From assembly GCF_004365815.1 (NCBI RefSeq), contig NZ_SODD01000001.1, positions 60,001 to 92,000 of the forward strand: a stretch of 32,000 nt of DNA. Reading direction: 5' to 3'. Below are positions 1 through 8,225 of the stretch, piece by piece. The stretch comes from Breznakia blatticola. GTDB lineage: Bacteria; Bacillota_I; Bacilli_A; Erysipelotrichales; Erysipelotrichaceae. Both the position numbers and the translations under genes were made by a program. The notes beneath the pieces are model-generated. The model was not told the DNA's origin and made no database searches. It was given only the letters and a program-made list of their open reading frames with translations. Positions within the stretch are counted from its first letter, which is position 1. Every line of letters starts with the position of its first letter.

Positions 1-1
1 C

Positions 2-349
2 TTATTTTTCTTTTTTGTGTAAATCGGCAATAATTTGCTCGATTTTATTTCCTTGTTCCAAAGACTCATCTAATACGAATTCCAATTCTGGAACTTTACG
101 CATTGATAACGTTTTTGCAAGTTCGCTACGGATAAATCCTTTTGAACGATTTAGTGCATCCATTCCTGCTTCTTTTCGTGCATCTTTGCCTAAGAATGAT
201 ACGTATACTTTCGCAAGTGATAAATCACTTGTTACTTGTGTATCCATCACAGTTACGAATCCAACTTTTGGATCTTTTACTGCACGTTGAATGATTTCAC
301 TAATGTTTTTTTGAATTAATCCAGCAACTCTTTCTTTTTTGATACTCAT
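2..349 (-). CDS. rbfA: Ribosome-binding factor A
   Basis: The 115-aa ORF has an RbfA-like sequence (KDPKVGFVTV...DLSLAKVYVS). An SD (GAGGTGG) lies 7 nt upstream, inside the infB end. Its position after infB is the conserved one. Confidence 0.9.
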   Translation of the reverse strand: MSIKKERVAGLIQKNISEIIQRAVKDPKVGFVTVMDTQVTSDLSLAKVYVSFLGKDARKEAGMDALNRSKGFIRSELAKTLSMRKVPELEFVLDESLEQGNKIEQIIADLHKKEK

Positions 350-351
350 AA

Positions 352-2184
352 CTAAGCCACCTCTACTTGTTGGTCTTCAAAGGCTTCGATGATATCTCCT
401 TCTTTTATATCGTTAAAGTTTTCAATTGTTAAACCACATTCGTATCCATTTGATACTTCTTTTACTTGGTCTTTGAAACGTTGTAGTGATCCTAATTTAC
501 CTGTATAAATTACAACCCCTTCACGAATCAAACGACAACCACTGTCACGACGAATGACTCCATCTGTAACCATACATCCAGCAATGGTTCCAACTTTACT
601 AACTTTATATGTTTCACGCACTTCAGCTTGTCCAGTGATTACTTCTTCATATACTGGAGCTAACATACCTTTCATTGCGCTTTCCATTTCTTCGATAACT
701 TTATAGATAATGTTGTGTAAACGGATTTGTACACCTTCATCTTCTGCTTTCTTACGAACTGCAGCATTTGGTCTAACATTAAATCCAACAACGATCGCCT
801 GTGAAGCACTCGCTAACATAATATCACTTTCTGTGATGGCACCTGCAGTAGAACGAATGACATTTACACGTACACCATCAACATCAATTTTTTCTAGTGA
901 TGATTTTACAGCTTCTGCACTACCTTGTACATCGGCTTTTACAATAACATTAATCGATTGAATTTCACCTTCTTCAATTTGTTTTGCTAAGTCTTCTAAA
1001 GACATTGCACTTGAAGCGTTACGTTCTTCTTCCACACGTGCTTGTAATCTTGCTTCTGCAATTTGACGTGCTTTCTTTTCTTGATCAAAGGCTTTAAATA
1101 CATCCCCAGCAATTGGAACTGAGTTAAGCCCAATAATTTCTACTGGTGTACTTGGTCCTGCAGTTTTGATTTCACGACCTAAGTCATCAACCATTTTACG
1201 TACGTGACCAAACGCTGTACCTACAACAATTGCATCACTTGCATGAAGTGTACCGTTTTGGATTAATAACGTTGCAACTGCACCACGACCTTTATCAAGT
1301 TTTGCCTCGATAACAGTACCTGTTGCCATTTTGTGTGGGTTTGCCTTTAAGTCTTGCATCTCAGCAACAACTAAGATGTTTTCTAATAAGTCATTTACTC
1401 CATCACCGTTTTTCGCACTTACAGGAACAAAGATTGTATCTCCACCCCATTCTTCTGGCATACATCCAAGTTCACTCATCTCAGACATAACACGGTCAGG
1501 GTTTGCTCCTTCTTTATCCATTTTGTTGACAGCAACAATCATTGGTACGCCTGCTGCTTTTGCATGGTCAACTGCTTCTTTTGTTTGTGGCATTACACCA
1601 TCATCCGCTGCAACAACGATAACTGTTACATCGGTAACTTTTGCTCCACGTGCACGCATTGCAGTAAACGCCTCGTGACCTGGTGTATCTAGGAAAGAAA
1701 CTTTTTTCCCTTTTACTGTAACTTGGTAGGCACCAATATGTTGTGTAATCCCTCCAAATTCACCTTCCGTAACTTTTGTTTTACGAATGGTATCCAGTAA
1801 TGTTGTCTTACCATGGTCAACGTGACCCATGATAGTAACAACTGGTGGGCGGCTTTCAAGCAATTTTGGATCATCCTCTTCGTCTAATTCCTCAAAATTG
1901 TATTCCTCCACAATGTGTTCTTTTGTGACTTCAATGTTAAACTCCATACCAATAAGTTCAACGGTTTCATCATCTAGCACCGTATTAATTGTTGCCATAT
2001 TCCCCATAAGGAATAAGAACTTAATAATATCTGATGCTTGCTTATGCATTAATTTTGCAAGTTCTCCTACAGTTGGTTGCCCACTGTATGTAATCTCAGT
2101 AACAACAATTTCAGGTTTCTTTTGTTCATGCCCTCGATTGTTACCTCTACGATTGTTATTTGGACGTCTTCTTGCTTTTGCCAT
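352..2184 (-). CDS. infB: Translation initiation factor IF-2 (short N-terminus)
   Basis: The 610-aa ORF carries GTPase motifs [14 protein letters not shown] and NKMD, followed by IF-2 C-terminal domains. It sits in nusA-infB operon context. Confidence 0.95.
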   Translation of the reverse strand: MAKARRRPNNNRRGNNRGHEQKKPEIVVTEITYSGQPTVGELAKLMHKQASDIIKFLFLMGNMATINTVLDDETVELIGMEFNIEVTKEHIVEEYNFEELDEEDDPKLLESRPPVVTIMGHVDHGKTTLLDTIRKTKVTEGEFGGITQHIGAYQVTVKGKKVSFLDTPGHEAFTAMRARGAKVTDVTVIVVAADDGVMPQTKEAVDHAKAAGVPMIVAVNKMDKEGANPDRVMSEMSELGCMPEEWGGDTIFVPVSAKNGDGVNDLLENILVVAEMQDLKANPHKMATGTVIEAKLDKGRGAVATLLIQNGTLHASDAIVVGTAFGHVRKMVDDLGREIKTAGPSTPVEIIGLNSVPIAGDVFKAFDQEKKARQIAEARLQARVEEERNASSAMSLEDLAKQIEEGEIQSINVIVKADVQGSAEAVKSSLEKIDVDGVRVNVIRSTAGAITESDIMLASASQAIVVGFNVRPNAAVRKKAEDEGVQIRLHNIIYKVIEEMESAMKGMLAPVYEEVITGQAEVRETYKVSKVGTIAGCMVTDGVIRRDSGCRLIREGVVIYTGKLGSLQRFKDQVKEVSNGYECGLTIENFNDIKEGDIIEAFEDQQVEVA

Positions 2185-2192
2185 ATTGTCAC

Positions 2193-2486
2193 CTATCCTT
2201 TCTTTTTCATCATACTATTTGCAAATCCACGATCTAATACACCCACTGCTTTCACATTGGCTCTACCAATCGCATTGCTCAACAGTGCACTACTATCTAC
2301 AAAATCATACTTCACATTGTAGAAACTGCACTTATCCATAATTTTCTTCTTTGTGTTATCTGATGCATCTTCAGCGATTAACACCAAATAACATTTCTTT
2401 GCACGTATTTTTTCAATTAATGTTTCTCCATAGGCAAGCTTACGTGCTGCATTTGCTATACCTAAGGTTCCGTAAATGTTACTCAT
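2193..2486 (-). CDS. ylxQ: L7Ae-family RNA-binding protein YlxQ
   Basis: This 97-aa ORF lies between ylxR and infB, as in Bacillus. Its length and pattern are L7Ae/YlxQ-like, and it overlaps ylxR by 8 nt. Confidence 0.8.
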   Translation of the reverse strand: MSNIYGTLGIANAARKLAYGETLIEKIRAKKCYLVLIAEDASDNTKKKIMDKCSFYNVKYDFVDSSALLSNAIGRANVKAVGVLDRGFANSMMKKKG

Positions 2487-2748
2487 GAATTAAACTTCTC
2501 AACTCATCATAAAGTGCATCATCAATGTCCACATTTAATGCACGTTTGAGATACCCTTTCTTCTGTGCTAAATCGATTGCTTCTTTTGAACGTTTCAAAT
2601 ATGCTCCACGTCCATTAGCTTTTCCGCTTTCATCCACAATCACCGTTTTTTCTGGTGTGCGAACCACGCGGATCAGTTCTTTTTTTGGAAGTTGCTCCTG
2701 TGTTGCAACACATTTACGTAATGGAATCTTGCGTTTTGTTTGCATCAT
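2479..2748 (-). CDS. ylxR: YlxR/RnpM (DUF448) RNA-binding protein
   Basis: The 89-aa ORF carries PLRKCV...R(V/F)VR...GRGAYL, the typical YlxR signature. It sits immediately downstream of nusA. Confidence 0.8.
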   Translation of the reverse strand: MMQTKRKIPLRKCVATQEQLPKKELIRVVRTPEKTVIVDESGKANGRGAYLKRSKEAIDLAQKKGYLKRALNVDIDDALYDELRSLIHE

Positions 2749-2756
2749 TTACTCCT

Positions 2757-4448
2757 TTAGTCCTCGTCGTAGTAATCATCGAACTCATCAAAGTCGATGT
2801 CATCATCATAAACCCAATCTTTTTCTTGTTCTTGCTCTTGAGCTGCCTCAATTTCAGCAAGTTCTTCTTCTGTATAAATTGGTTTTAATTCGTAATCCTT
2901 TTCATTTGGATCAAATGTTGGTTTTGTGATTGGTTCATCTTCCACAAACAATTGATCTTCATCTGTTTTCTTCTTTTTCTTTTTCGGTTTCGCTTTTGGT
3001 GCATCTTCTTTTTTCGCTTCTAGAATTGTTTCTAGTTTTGATTTATATGCACGTTTTTCTTCTAAGTCGATTCCTTGTGCTTTCTTTTCTTTAGCAATAC
3101 GTGCTGCCTTTTCAAGTTCTGTTTCAATCTTTTCTTCTGCAGCTTCTTCTACTTTTTCAAGTTCTTTATTTGTTTCTACTTCTACAACAGTTGGTTCTTC
3201 TTTTGCCACTGTTTCTGGTACGAATTCTTCTTCAATGTATTCATCAGCGAATAATTCATCCACGTAATCCGCATCCACTCCAGCATCTGCAGCTTCTTGT
3301 TTTTGACGTTCTTCAAATGCTTTTGCTTGTTCGATTTTACGTTTTTCTTCTTTTTGTGCAGCAATTACTGCAGCTTCTTCAGCTGCCAATGTTTGCCAGT
3401 CAATATCCATGTTTGCTGCATCACTTACAGATTTAATATCAATCGTTTGTCCTGTAAGTTTTACTGCAAGACGTGCATTTTTACCTTTTTTACCAATTGC
3501 TAATGATAATTGATCATCTTCAACAATTACCATCAATCCGTTTTCACGGTTTGGGTTTTTAATAACTGCTAAGATATCTGCTGGTGCAAGTGCATTTGCA
3601 ATTAACTTACTAACGTCTTCACTCCATTCAAAGATATCAATTTTTTCACCTTTAAGTTCTTCGATAATGACTTGTACACGGCTTCCTTTTGGTCCAATAC
3701 ATGCACCAATTGGGTCAATGTTTTCATTGTGTGAATATACAGCCATTTTACAACGTTCCCCTGCTTCGCGAGCAATTGCTTTAATTTCAACAATTCCTTG
3801 GTAAATTTCAGGAACTTCTTTTTCGAATAAACGTTTTACAAGAACAGAATCGGCACGACTTACAAGTACTTGCGCTCCTTTTGTTTCCTTGTTTACATCA
3901 CTAATTACAACTTTGATGTGTTGTCCTTCACGGTATGTTTCTCCAGGAATTTGTGCAACCATTGGCATAAGTGCAATTGTGCGACCAATATTCACTAAAC
4001 AGAATTTTTCTTCTACTGTTTCCACAACCCCAGTCACAAGTTCTTCTAACTTATCAATATATTCATCATATACTGCTTGTTTTTGAGCTTCTCTTGTTTT
4101 TTGTTTCATTACGTTTTTCGCTAAGATGATCGCAATACGACCAAATGAAGTAATGTCTACTTCTTCCTCAACGAACTCACCAAGTTCAAAGTCTTCTCTG
4201 ATTTTCTTAGCATCTTCTAAAGAGATTTCTAATTCATCATCTTCAACTTCTTCCACAACTAAACGTTGTGCAAATACTTTGATGTTGTTATCTTCAAACG
4301 ATACACGAACATATGCATCTTGTAGTTCCACATGTTTACGGTACGCTTTAATTAGCGCTTCCTCTAGTGCATCGATGATTGTTTTTTCATCAATGTTGCG
4401 ATCCTTTTCGATTTCTTGCATCGCTTTTACGAATTCTTTCAGTTTCAT
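2757..4448 (-). CDS. nusA: Transcription termination/antitermination factor NusA with a long acidic C-terminal extension
   Basis: The N-terminal, S1 and two KH domains are recognisable (e.g. IDPIGACIGPKGSRV, LAIGKKGKNARLA). The ATG at 4448 is preferred because AAGGAAGGA lies 7 nt upstream; the track ORF starts 6 nt earlier at a TTG. About 215 aa of E/D/K-rich tail follow KH2. Confidence 0.9.
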   Translation of the reverse strand: MKLKEFVKAMQEIEKDRNIDEKTIIDALEEALIKAYRKHVELQDAYVRVSFEDNNIKVFAQRLVVEEVEDDELEISLEDAKKIREDFELGEFVEEEVDITSFGRIAIILAKNVMKQKTREAQKQAVYDEYIDKLEELVTGVVETVEEKFCLVNIGRTIALMPMVAQIPGETYREGQHIKVVISDVNKETKGAQVLVSRADSVLVKRLFEKEVPEIYQGIVEIKAIAREAGERCKMAVYSHNENIDPIGACIGPKGSRVQVIIEELKGEKIDIFEWSEDVSKLIANALAPADILAVIKNPNRENGLMVIVEDDQLSLAIGKKGKNARLAVKLTGQTIDIKSVSDAANMDIDWQTLAAEEAAVIAAQKEEKRKIEQAKAFEERQKQEAADAGVDADYVDELFADEYIEEEFVPETVAKEEPTVVEVETNKELEKVEEAAEEKIETELEKAARIAKEKKAQGIDLEEKRAYKSKLETILEAKKEDAPKAKPKKKKKKTDEDQLFVEDEPITKPTFDPNEKDYELKPIYTEEELAEIEAAQEQEQEKDWVYDDDIDFDEFDDYYDED

Positions 4449-4462
4449 GACCAATTCCTTCC

Positions 4463-4939
4463 TTAAACTTTAACTGATAAACGAATAAGACCAATATTGT
4501 CTTTTTCAATCGTTATTTCTTTTTTTCTTGTTTTATCTACATATTCAACGACAATATCTGCTTCATTGACTTTACGTAAATATCCTTGGACTTCGTCCAT
4601 TCCTGCTTTTGGATCTTTGAATTTCACGTATATGTATGAATCAATTGCAGCATTGATTTCTTCATCATTGCGAAGTTCACGCTCCGCTCCAGGAGAACAT
4701 ACTTCTAGATAGTATTCATATTGGATATTGTCTAGTGCATCTAATTTGTCAGATATCTCATTACTGACTTTCGCACATGTATCCAAATCCATTTTTCCAT
4801 CCTTGTCCAAAATTGAAACTTGTAAGATTTTCATTGATCCATCTTGTGTCCAAATCACATCATATAGTGTACAATCATTGGCTTCCACAATTTCCTGAAT
4901 CATCGTTTTTAGATTGTTTTCCAAGCGTTTTCCTCCCAT
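4463..4939 (-). CDS. rimP: Ribosome maturation factor RimP
   Basis: The 158-aa ORF is RimP-like (IVEANDCTLYDV...ILQVSI) and is the first gene of the nusA operon. The start is uncertain because there is no clear SD; M12 is an alternative. Confidence 0.8.
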   Translation of the reverse strand: MGGKRLENNLKTMIQEIVEANDCTLYDVIWTQDGSMKILQVSILDKDGKMDLDTCAKVSNEISDKLDALDNIQYEYYLEVCSPGAERELRNDEEINAAIDSYIYVKFKDPKAGMDEVQGYLRKVNEADIVVEYVDKTRKKEITIEKDNIGLIRLSVKV

Positions 4940-4951
4940 AAGTAAAGTTAA

Positions 4952-4971
4952 GAGAGGGCTTGCGCCCTCTC
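4952..4971 (-). promoter_or_regulatory. Leader stem-loop between the rimP promoter and the rimP start (possible attenuator or 5' stabiliser)
   Basis: In the sense (minus) RNA it reads GAGAGGGC-GCAA-GCCCUCUC, an 8-bp GC-rich stem with a GNRA tetraloop. An interrupted U tract (UUAACUUUACUU) follows, and the hairpin ends about 13 nt before the ATG. Confidence 0.5.
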
Positions 4972-4993
4972 GGTTTTTCTTATCAACATGGCT

Positions 4994-5022
4994 ATACTAC
5001 CACAAAAATCAGTATTTATCAA
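4994..5022 (-). promoter_or_regulatory. Sigma-A type promoter for the rimP-nusA-infB operon
   Basis: On the minus strand it reads TTGATA (5022..5017), a 17-nt spacer, then TGgTAGTAT, an extended -10 at 5002..4994. Confidence 0.5.
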
Positions 5023-5077
5023 TGTTTTGCATAAAATAATGCACATGAAGTACATCCACAATTTCCACTTAACGTTC

Positions 5078-5452
5078 TTAATTTAACGATTTTTTCAATA
5101 AATCAATAATTTCAGGACTAAACAGTAGTAATGCATGATCACTTCCTGGATTGATAACTACATCACGTTCTTTTAGAGTTTCTAGTAAATCAGCAGCATT
5201 TGCTTTAACGTATGGTGAGGATTGTTCATTTAGAAAATTACTCAGTGAATCTAAACTTAGAAAGATAGGAACGAATTCCAGTCCTTCATAAATCATTGAG
5301 AACACTTGTAAGTTCTCACCTGTTTCAATTTTTGTATTTCCTGTTGTGCTATTTGCTAGTAAATATACATCATGGAGTAGCATTTCATAAAAGAAGTGTT
5401 TTCTTTTATCCACATCATCACCAAGCAGTTCAAACTTTTCTTCTAATGTCAT
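5078..5452 (-). CDS. SseB-like family protein (function unknown)
   Basis: About 124 aa from MTLEEKF. The pattern VPIFLSLDSL...DVVINPGSD resembles the SseB N-terminal domain. The ATG at 5452 lies 1 nt after the gatD stop (5456..5454); the track's upstream extension would overlap gatD. Confidence 0.55.
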   Translation of the reverse strand: MTLEEKFELLGDDVDKRKHFFYEMLLHDVYLLANSTTGNTKIETGENLQVFSMIYEGLEFVPIFLSLDSLSNFLNEQSSPYVKANAADLLETLKERDVVINPGSDHALLLFSPEIIDLLKKSLN

Positions 5453-5453
5453 C

Positions 5454-6185
5454 TTAAGCTCCTGCCATGCGTTTTTGCATGACTTCATGTGCGCGATTTT
5501 CTAAAGTATCATCAAGTTCAGCTAATTGTACTTCACCATGGCGTTTAGCCAGTGCTTTGCTAATAATGAAGTCTGCCACTTCAGGATTTTTTGGCAACAA
5601 TGGCCCGTGCATATACGTACCAAGTACTTGCCCATTGTAGAAACCTTCATAACCGCCTTGGTATTCATTTCCATGTCCGTGCACTACTTTACCTAATGGA
5701 TGTTCTACACCACGGGTTTGTCCACCATGGTTTTCAAAACCAACGATATTCACCGTTTTTCCATCCAATGTAGCTTCAATCTCAATATTTCCGATGCAAC
5801 GTCCAACACTTGAATCACTAGTTGTATAGTAATTAAAGATACCTAGACCTTCAATTTTATTGTCGCTGTTGTCGATATAGTATTGACCAAAGAATTGGTA
5901 ACCACCGCATATCAATAAAACAAATGTTTTCGCATCAATGGCATCAATAATATCTTGTTTTCGTGAAACTAAATCATCAAAGAGTAATCCTTGTTCGCGG
6001 TCTGCTCCACCACCGATAAATAATAAATCATAATCGCCAATGTGTTTTGATTCACCAATACCACATGTATCGATTTCAATTTCTATATTACGGTCCATAC
6101 AACGTTTCTTTAACACTTGTATATTCCCACGATCTCCATATAAATCCATGACATCGTGATACATCCAGAGTACGTTTAGTTTCAC
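5454..6185 (-). CDS. gatD: Lipid II isoglutaminyl synthase, glutaminase subunit GatD (CobQ-type GATase)
   Basis: The 243-aa ORF has a catalytic-Cys context (LLICGGYQFFG) and YMHGPLLPKNP. Its GTG start overlaps the murT stop (GTGA), and AGGAGGA lies 7 nt upstream. Confidence 0.85.
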   Translation of the reverse strand: MKLNVLWMYHDVMDLYGDRGNIQVLKKRCMDRNIEIEIDTCGIGESKHIGDYDLLFIGGGADREQGLLFDDLVSRKQDIIDAIDAKTFVLLICGGYQFFGQYYIDNSDNKIEGLGIFNYYTTSDSSVGRCIGNIEIEATLDGKTVNIVGFENHGGQTRGVEHPLGKVVHGHGNEYQGGYEGFYNGQVLGTYMHGPLLPKNPEVADFIISKALAKRHGEVQLAELDDTLENRAHEVMQKRMAGA

Positions 6186-7495
6186 TTTTCATTCCTCCTT
6201 AGAATTTTACGCATACTTTGTAATGCGGTATATGTTGCAATCACATATGCATGGTCATCTAATTTCTTTAATTCGTCAATGGATCCTTCAAGACTTTCAC
6301 TCACAATCAAGTTTCCTATATATCCTTCGTATTTCAAACGCAATGCCATATCGTATGCACGTTTTCCTGCACATATAATATGCTTTGTATGTGTATCAAC
6401 AAGCAAATCAAAGTGTGCATCCCATATCCAAGATACATCTGTTCCATCTTGGTCATTATCATTTAAGACAATTACGATATCCTTATCTTCTGGATCACGC
6501 ATAATGTACTTCATAACTTCGTTAGCCCCTGTTGGGTTTTTTACTAAATTAAGTAATACATTACGTCCAATATTGAATGACTCCATACGGCCATCTTTTA
6601 ATTCAAAGTTTTTAAGTAAATCTTGCACATTTGCAAATGGAATATCCATCAACTTTGCAAGTGCGATTAAACCAGTAGCATTATAAATTGCATACAAAGC
6701 ATCTTGTGGTGCATGAAAGGTTGTATTTTCTACCACAAAACTTTGAGTATCTAAATTTACATCACTTGCTTGTACATAACGATCATTATTTCCAAAGCCA
6801 CAATTTGGACAAGCAAAATGTCCAATGTGTGAGTACTGATAATATGCATACTCCAGTTGATGATTACAGCGGAAACAGAATTTCCCTTCACTTGCTTCAT
6901 TACTGATCTCTTTACTTTCACTATTTTTATCTACACCAAAGAAATATACATGTGCTTGTTTTGATGTATCTGCCAAACGAACGACATTTGGATCATCTGC
7001 ATTTAAAATCAAAGCACATTGGAAGTCTTCAAGTGCTTTACTTACTTTACCAACTACACTTTCCATTTCTCCGGCACGATCTAGTTGATCACGAAAGAAG
7101 TTATTAATAAGCACTTTTGTAACTGGAACACGTTTTAATACGTGAGGTACATTGAGTTCATCAACTTCAATAACTGCACAATCTGCATCCACTTGTAATT
7201 TCATCTTTGTGTTACGTAAAAATAATGCTGCAATACCTACAAGTAAGTTGTCTCCACGCACATTACAAATGACATGTTTGTATTTTTTTTGCATCAAACG
7301 ATACACCATATTGGTTGTTGTCGTTTTTCCATTTGTTCCTGTAACCAAAATAATTTCTTTTGGATATTTTATTTTCTGTAGTATTTGTCCATCAAGCTTT
7401 AGTCCGATTTGTCCTGGCAGTGATCCTCCACGCCCGAGTAGTGACAATAGAAATCTTGATATTTTTACAACACATAAGGTTATTCTAGCTCGCAT
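6182..7495 (-). CDS. murT: Lipid II isoglutaminyl synthase, Mur-ligase subunit MurT
   Basis: The 437-aa ORF has a Mur ligase P-loop (TGTNGKTTTT), a Cys4 ribbon (CFRC...CPNC) and a DUF1727-like C-terminus. An SD (AGGAG) is present. Confidence 0.85.
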   Translation of the reverse strand: MRARITLCVVKISRFLLSLLGRGGSLPGQIGLKLDGQILQKIKYPKEIILVTGTNGKTTTTNMVYRLMQKKYKHVICNVRGDNLLVGIAALFLRNTKMKLQVDADCAVIEVDELNVPHVLKRVPVTKVLINNFFRDQLDRAGEMESVVGKVSKALEDFQCALILNADDPNVVRLADTSKQAHVYFFGVDKNSESKEISNEASEGKFCFRCNHQLEYAYYQYSHIGHFACPNCGFGNNDRYVQASDVNLDTQSFVVENTTFHAPQDALYAIYNATGLIALAKLMDIPFANVQDLLKNFELKDGRMESFNIGRNVLLNLVKNPTGANEVMKYIMRDPEDKDIVIVLNDNDQDGTDVSWIWDAHFDLLVDTHTKHIICAGKRAYDMALRLKYEGYIGNLIVSESLEGSIDELKKLDDHAYVIATYTALQSMRKILRRNEK

Positions 7496-7519
7496 AACGT
7501 TCTCCTAAATTCATGTTTT

Positions 7520-7548
7520 ATTATACCTTAGACAAGAGAAAAGACCAA
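7520..7548 (-). promoter_or_regulatory. Putative promoter for murT-gatD
   Basis: On the minus strand it reads TTGGTC (7548..7543), a 17-nt spacer, then TATAAT (7525..7520). The -35 overlaps the 3' arm of the upstream terminator. Confidence 0.45.
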
Positions 7549-7559
7549 GCGTATTGGCC
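7534..7559 (-). terminator. Rho-independent terminator after the AlkD-like gene
   Basis: The minus-sense RNA reads GGCCAA-UACGC-UUGGUC (one G-U pair) followed by UUUUCUCUU. Confidence 0.5.
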
Positions 7560-7565
7560 TTTTGC

Positions 7566-8225
7566 TTAAATATATTTACTTGCTTCTCGAATACTTAGTT
7601 TTGCCATTTGACTTTGATATCTCTCTAGAAAGTCTCTTACCCAAGCTGGATCCGTTTTACTGTATTGGCGAAGTGCCCATCCGATTGCTTTATTAATAAA
7701 GAATTCATCACTACCAAAGTTATTCACGATAATTGTTTCTAGTAATTGTGTATTCGTTTTTTCTTTACGCATCAATTGGTGATCAATAGCAATACGACGC
7801 ACCCAAAAATCTTCATCTGTGGACCATGCAATCATAATGTCATTTAAACGTTCATCCACTAAGCCAATTGAGCCGATGGTTAGATCCAAACTGTCTACAC
7901 TATCCCACCATGAATTGGTTTGAACAAGTTTTTTTAACTTATCGACATCATCAATGGTTAGTGCTTGTTTTTTCTTCTCTAAGTAGTAACAAGCAAAGTA
8001 ATGCAACTCACGATATTCATCATCAAAGCATGCAAAAAGTAAGTCCCAGTCAATTGCTGGATTTGCTTCTAATTTTATGGCTTGATTGTAGACATCTCTT
8101 CTTTCTTTCGTTGTTAAGCCTAAACAGGAAAACTGATTACGTAAATATGCTTCTTGTTGCTCAATTTTCTCTGGTCGTTTTATTTTTATTAATTCATCTT
8201 TTACATATGTATAAAGTTTGTGCAT
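7566..8225 (-). CDS. DNA alkylation repair protein (AlkD-like HEAT-repeat family)
   Basis: The 219-aa ORF carries WWDSVDSL, EDFWVRRIAI and FFINKAIGWALRQYSKTDP, which are typical of the DNA alkylation repair enzyme family. Confidence 0.75.
   Translation of the reverse strand: MHKLYTYVKDELIKIKRPEKIEQQEAYLRNQFSCLGLTTKERRDVYNQAIKLEANPAIDWDLLFACFDDEYRELHYFACYYLEKKKQALTIDDVDKLKKLVQTNSWWDSVDSLDLTIGSIGLVDERLNDIMIAWSTDEDFWVRRIAIDHQLMRKEKTNTQLLETIIVNNFGSDEFFINKAIGWALRQYSKTDPAWVRDFLERYQSQMAKLSIREASKYI

Noticed and set aside
1829-2341. A 170-aa plus-strand ORF, with neighbours at 15-290, 710-961, 1331-1678, 2077-2322 and 2525-2929, antisense to rbfA, infB, ylxQ and ylxR.
   Set aside because: They are fully embedded antisense in strongly supported conserved genes, S/T/L/F-rich, and have no SD. 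They look like shadow ORFs of AT-rich coding sequence.
3101-3436. A 111-aa L/Q/F-rich plus-strand ORF, and the 60-aa ORF at 3182-3364 on the minus strand, within the nusA tail.
   Set aside because: They mirror the GAA/GAG/AAA-rich codons of the acidic NusA extension. They are low-complexity with no start context.
4952-4980. The hairpin read on the plus strand (GAGAGGGC-TTGC-GCCCTCTC followed by GGTTTTTCTT) looks like a textbook plus-strand terminator.
   Set aside because: No plus-strand gene or promoter lies upstream of it. It sits inside the minus-strand rimP leader, so the minus-sense interpretation was preferred. Bidirectional insulation cannot be excluded.
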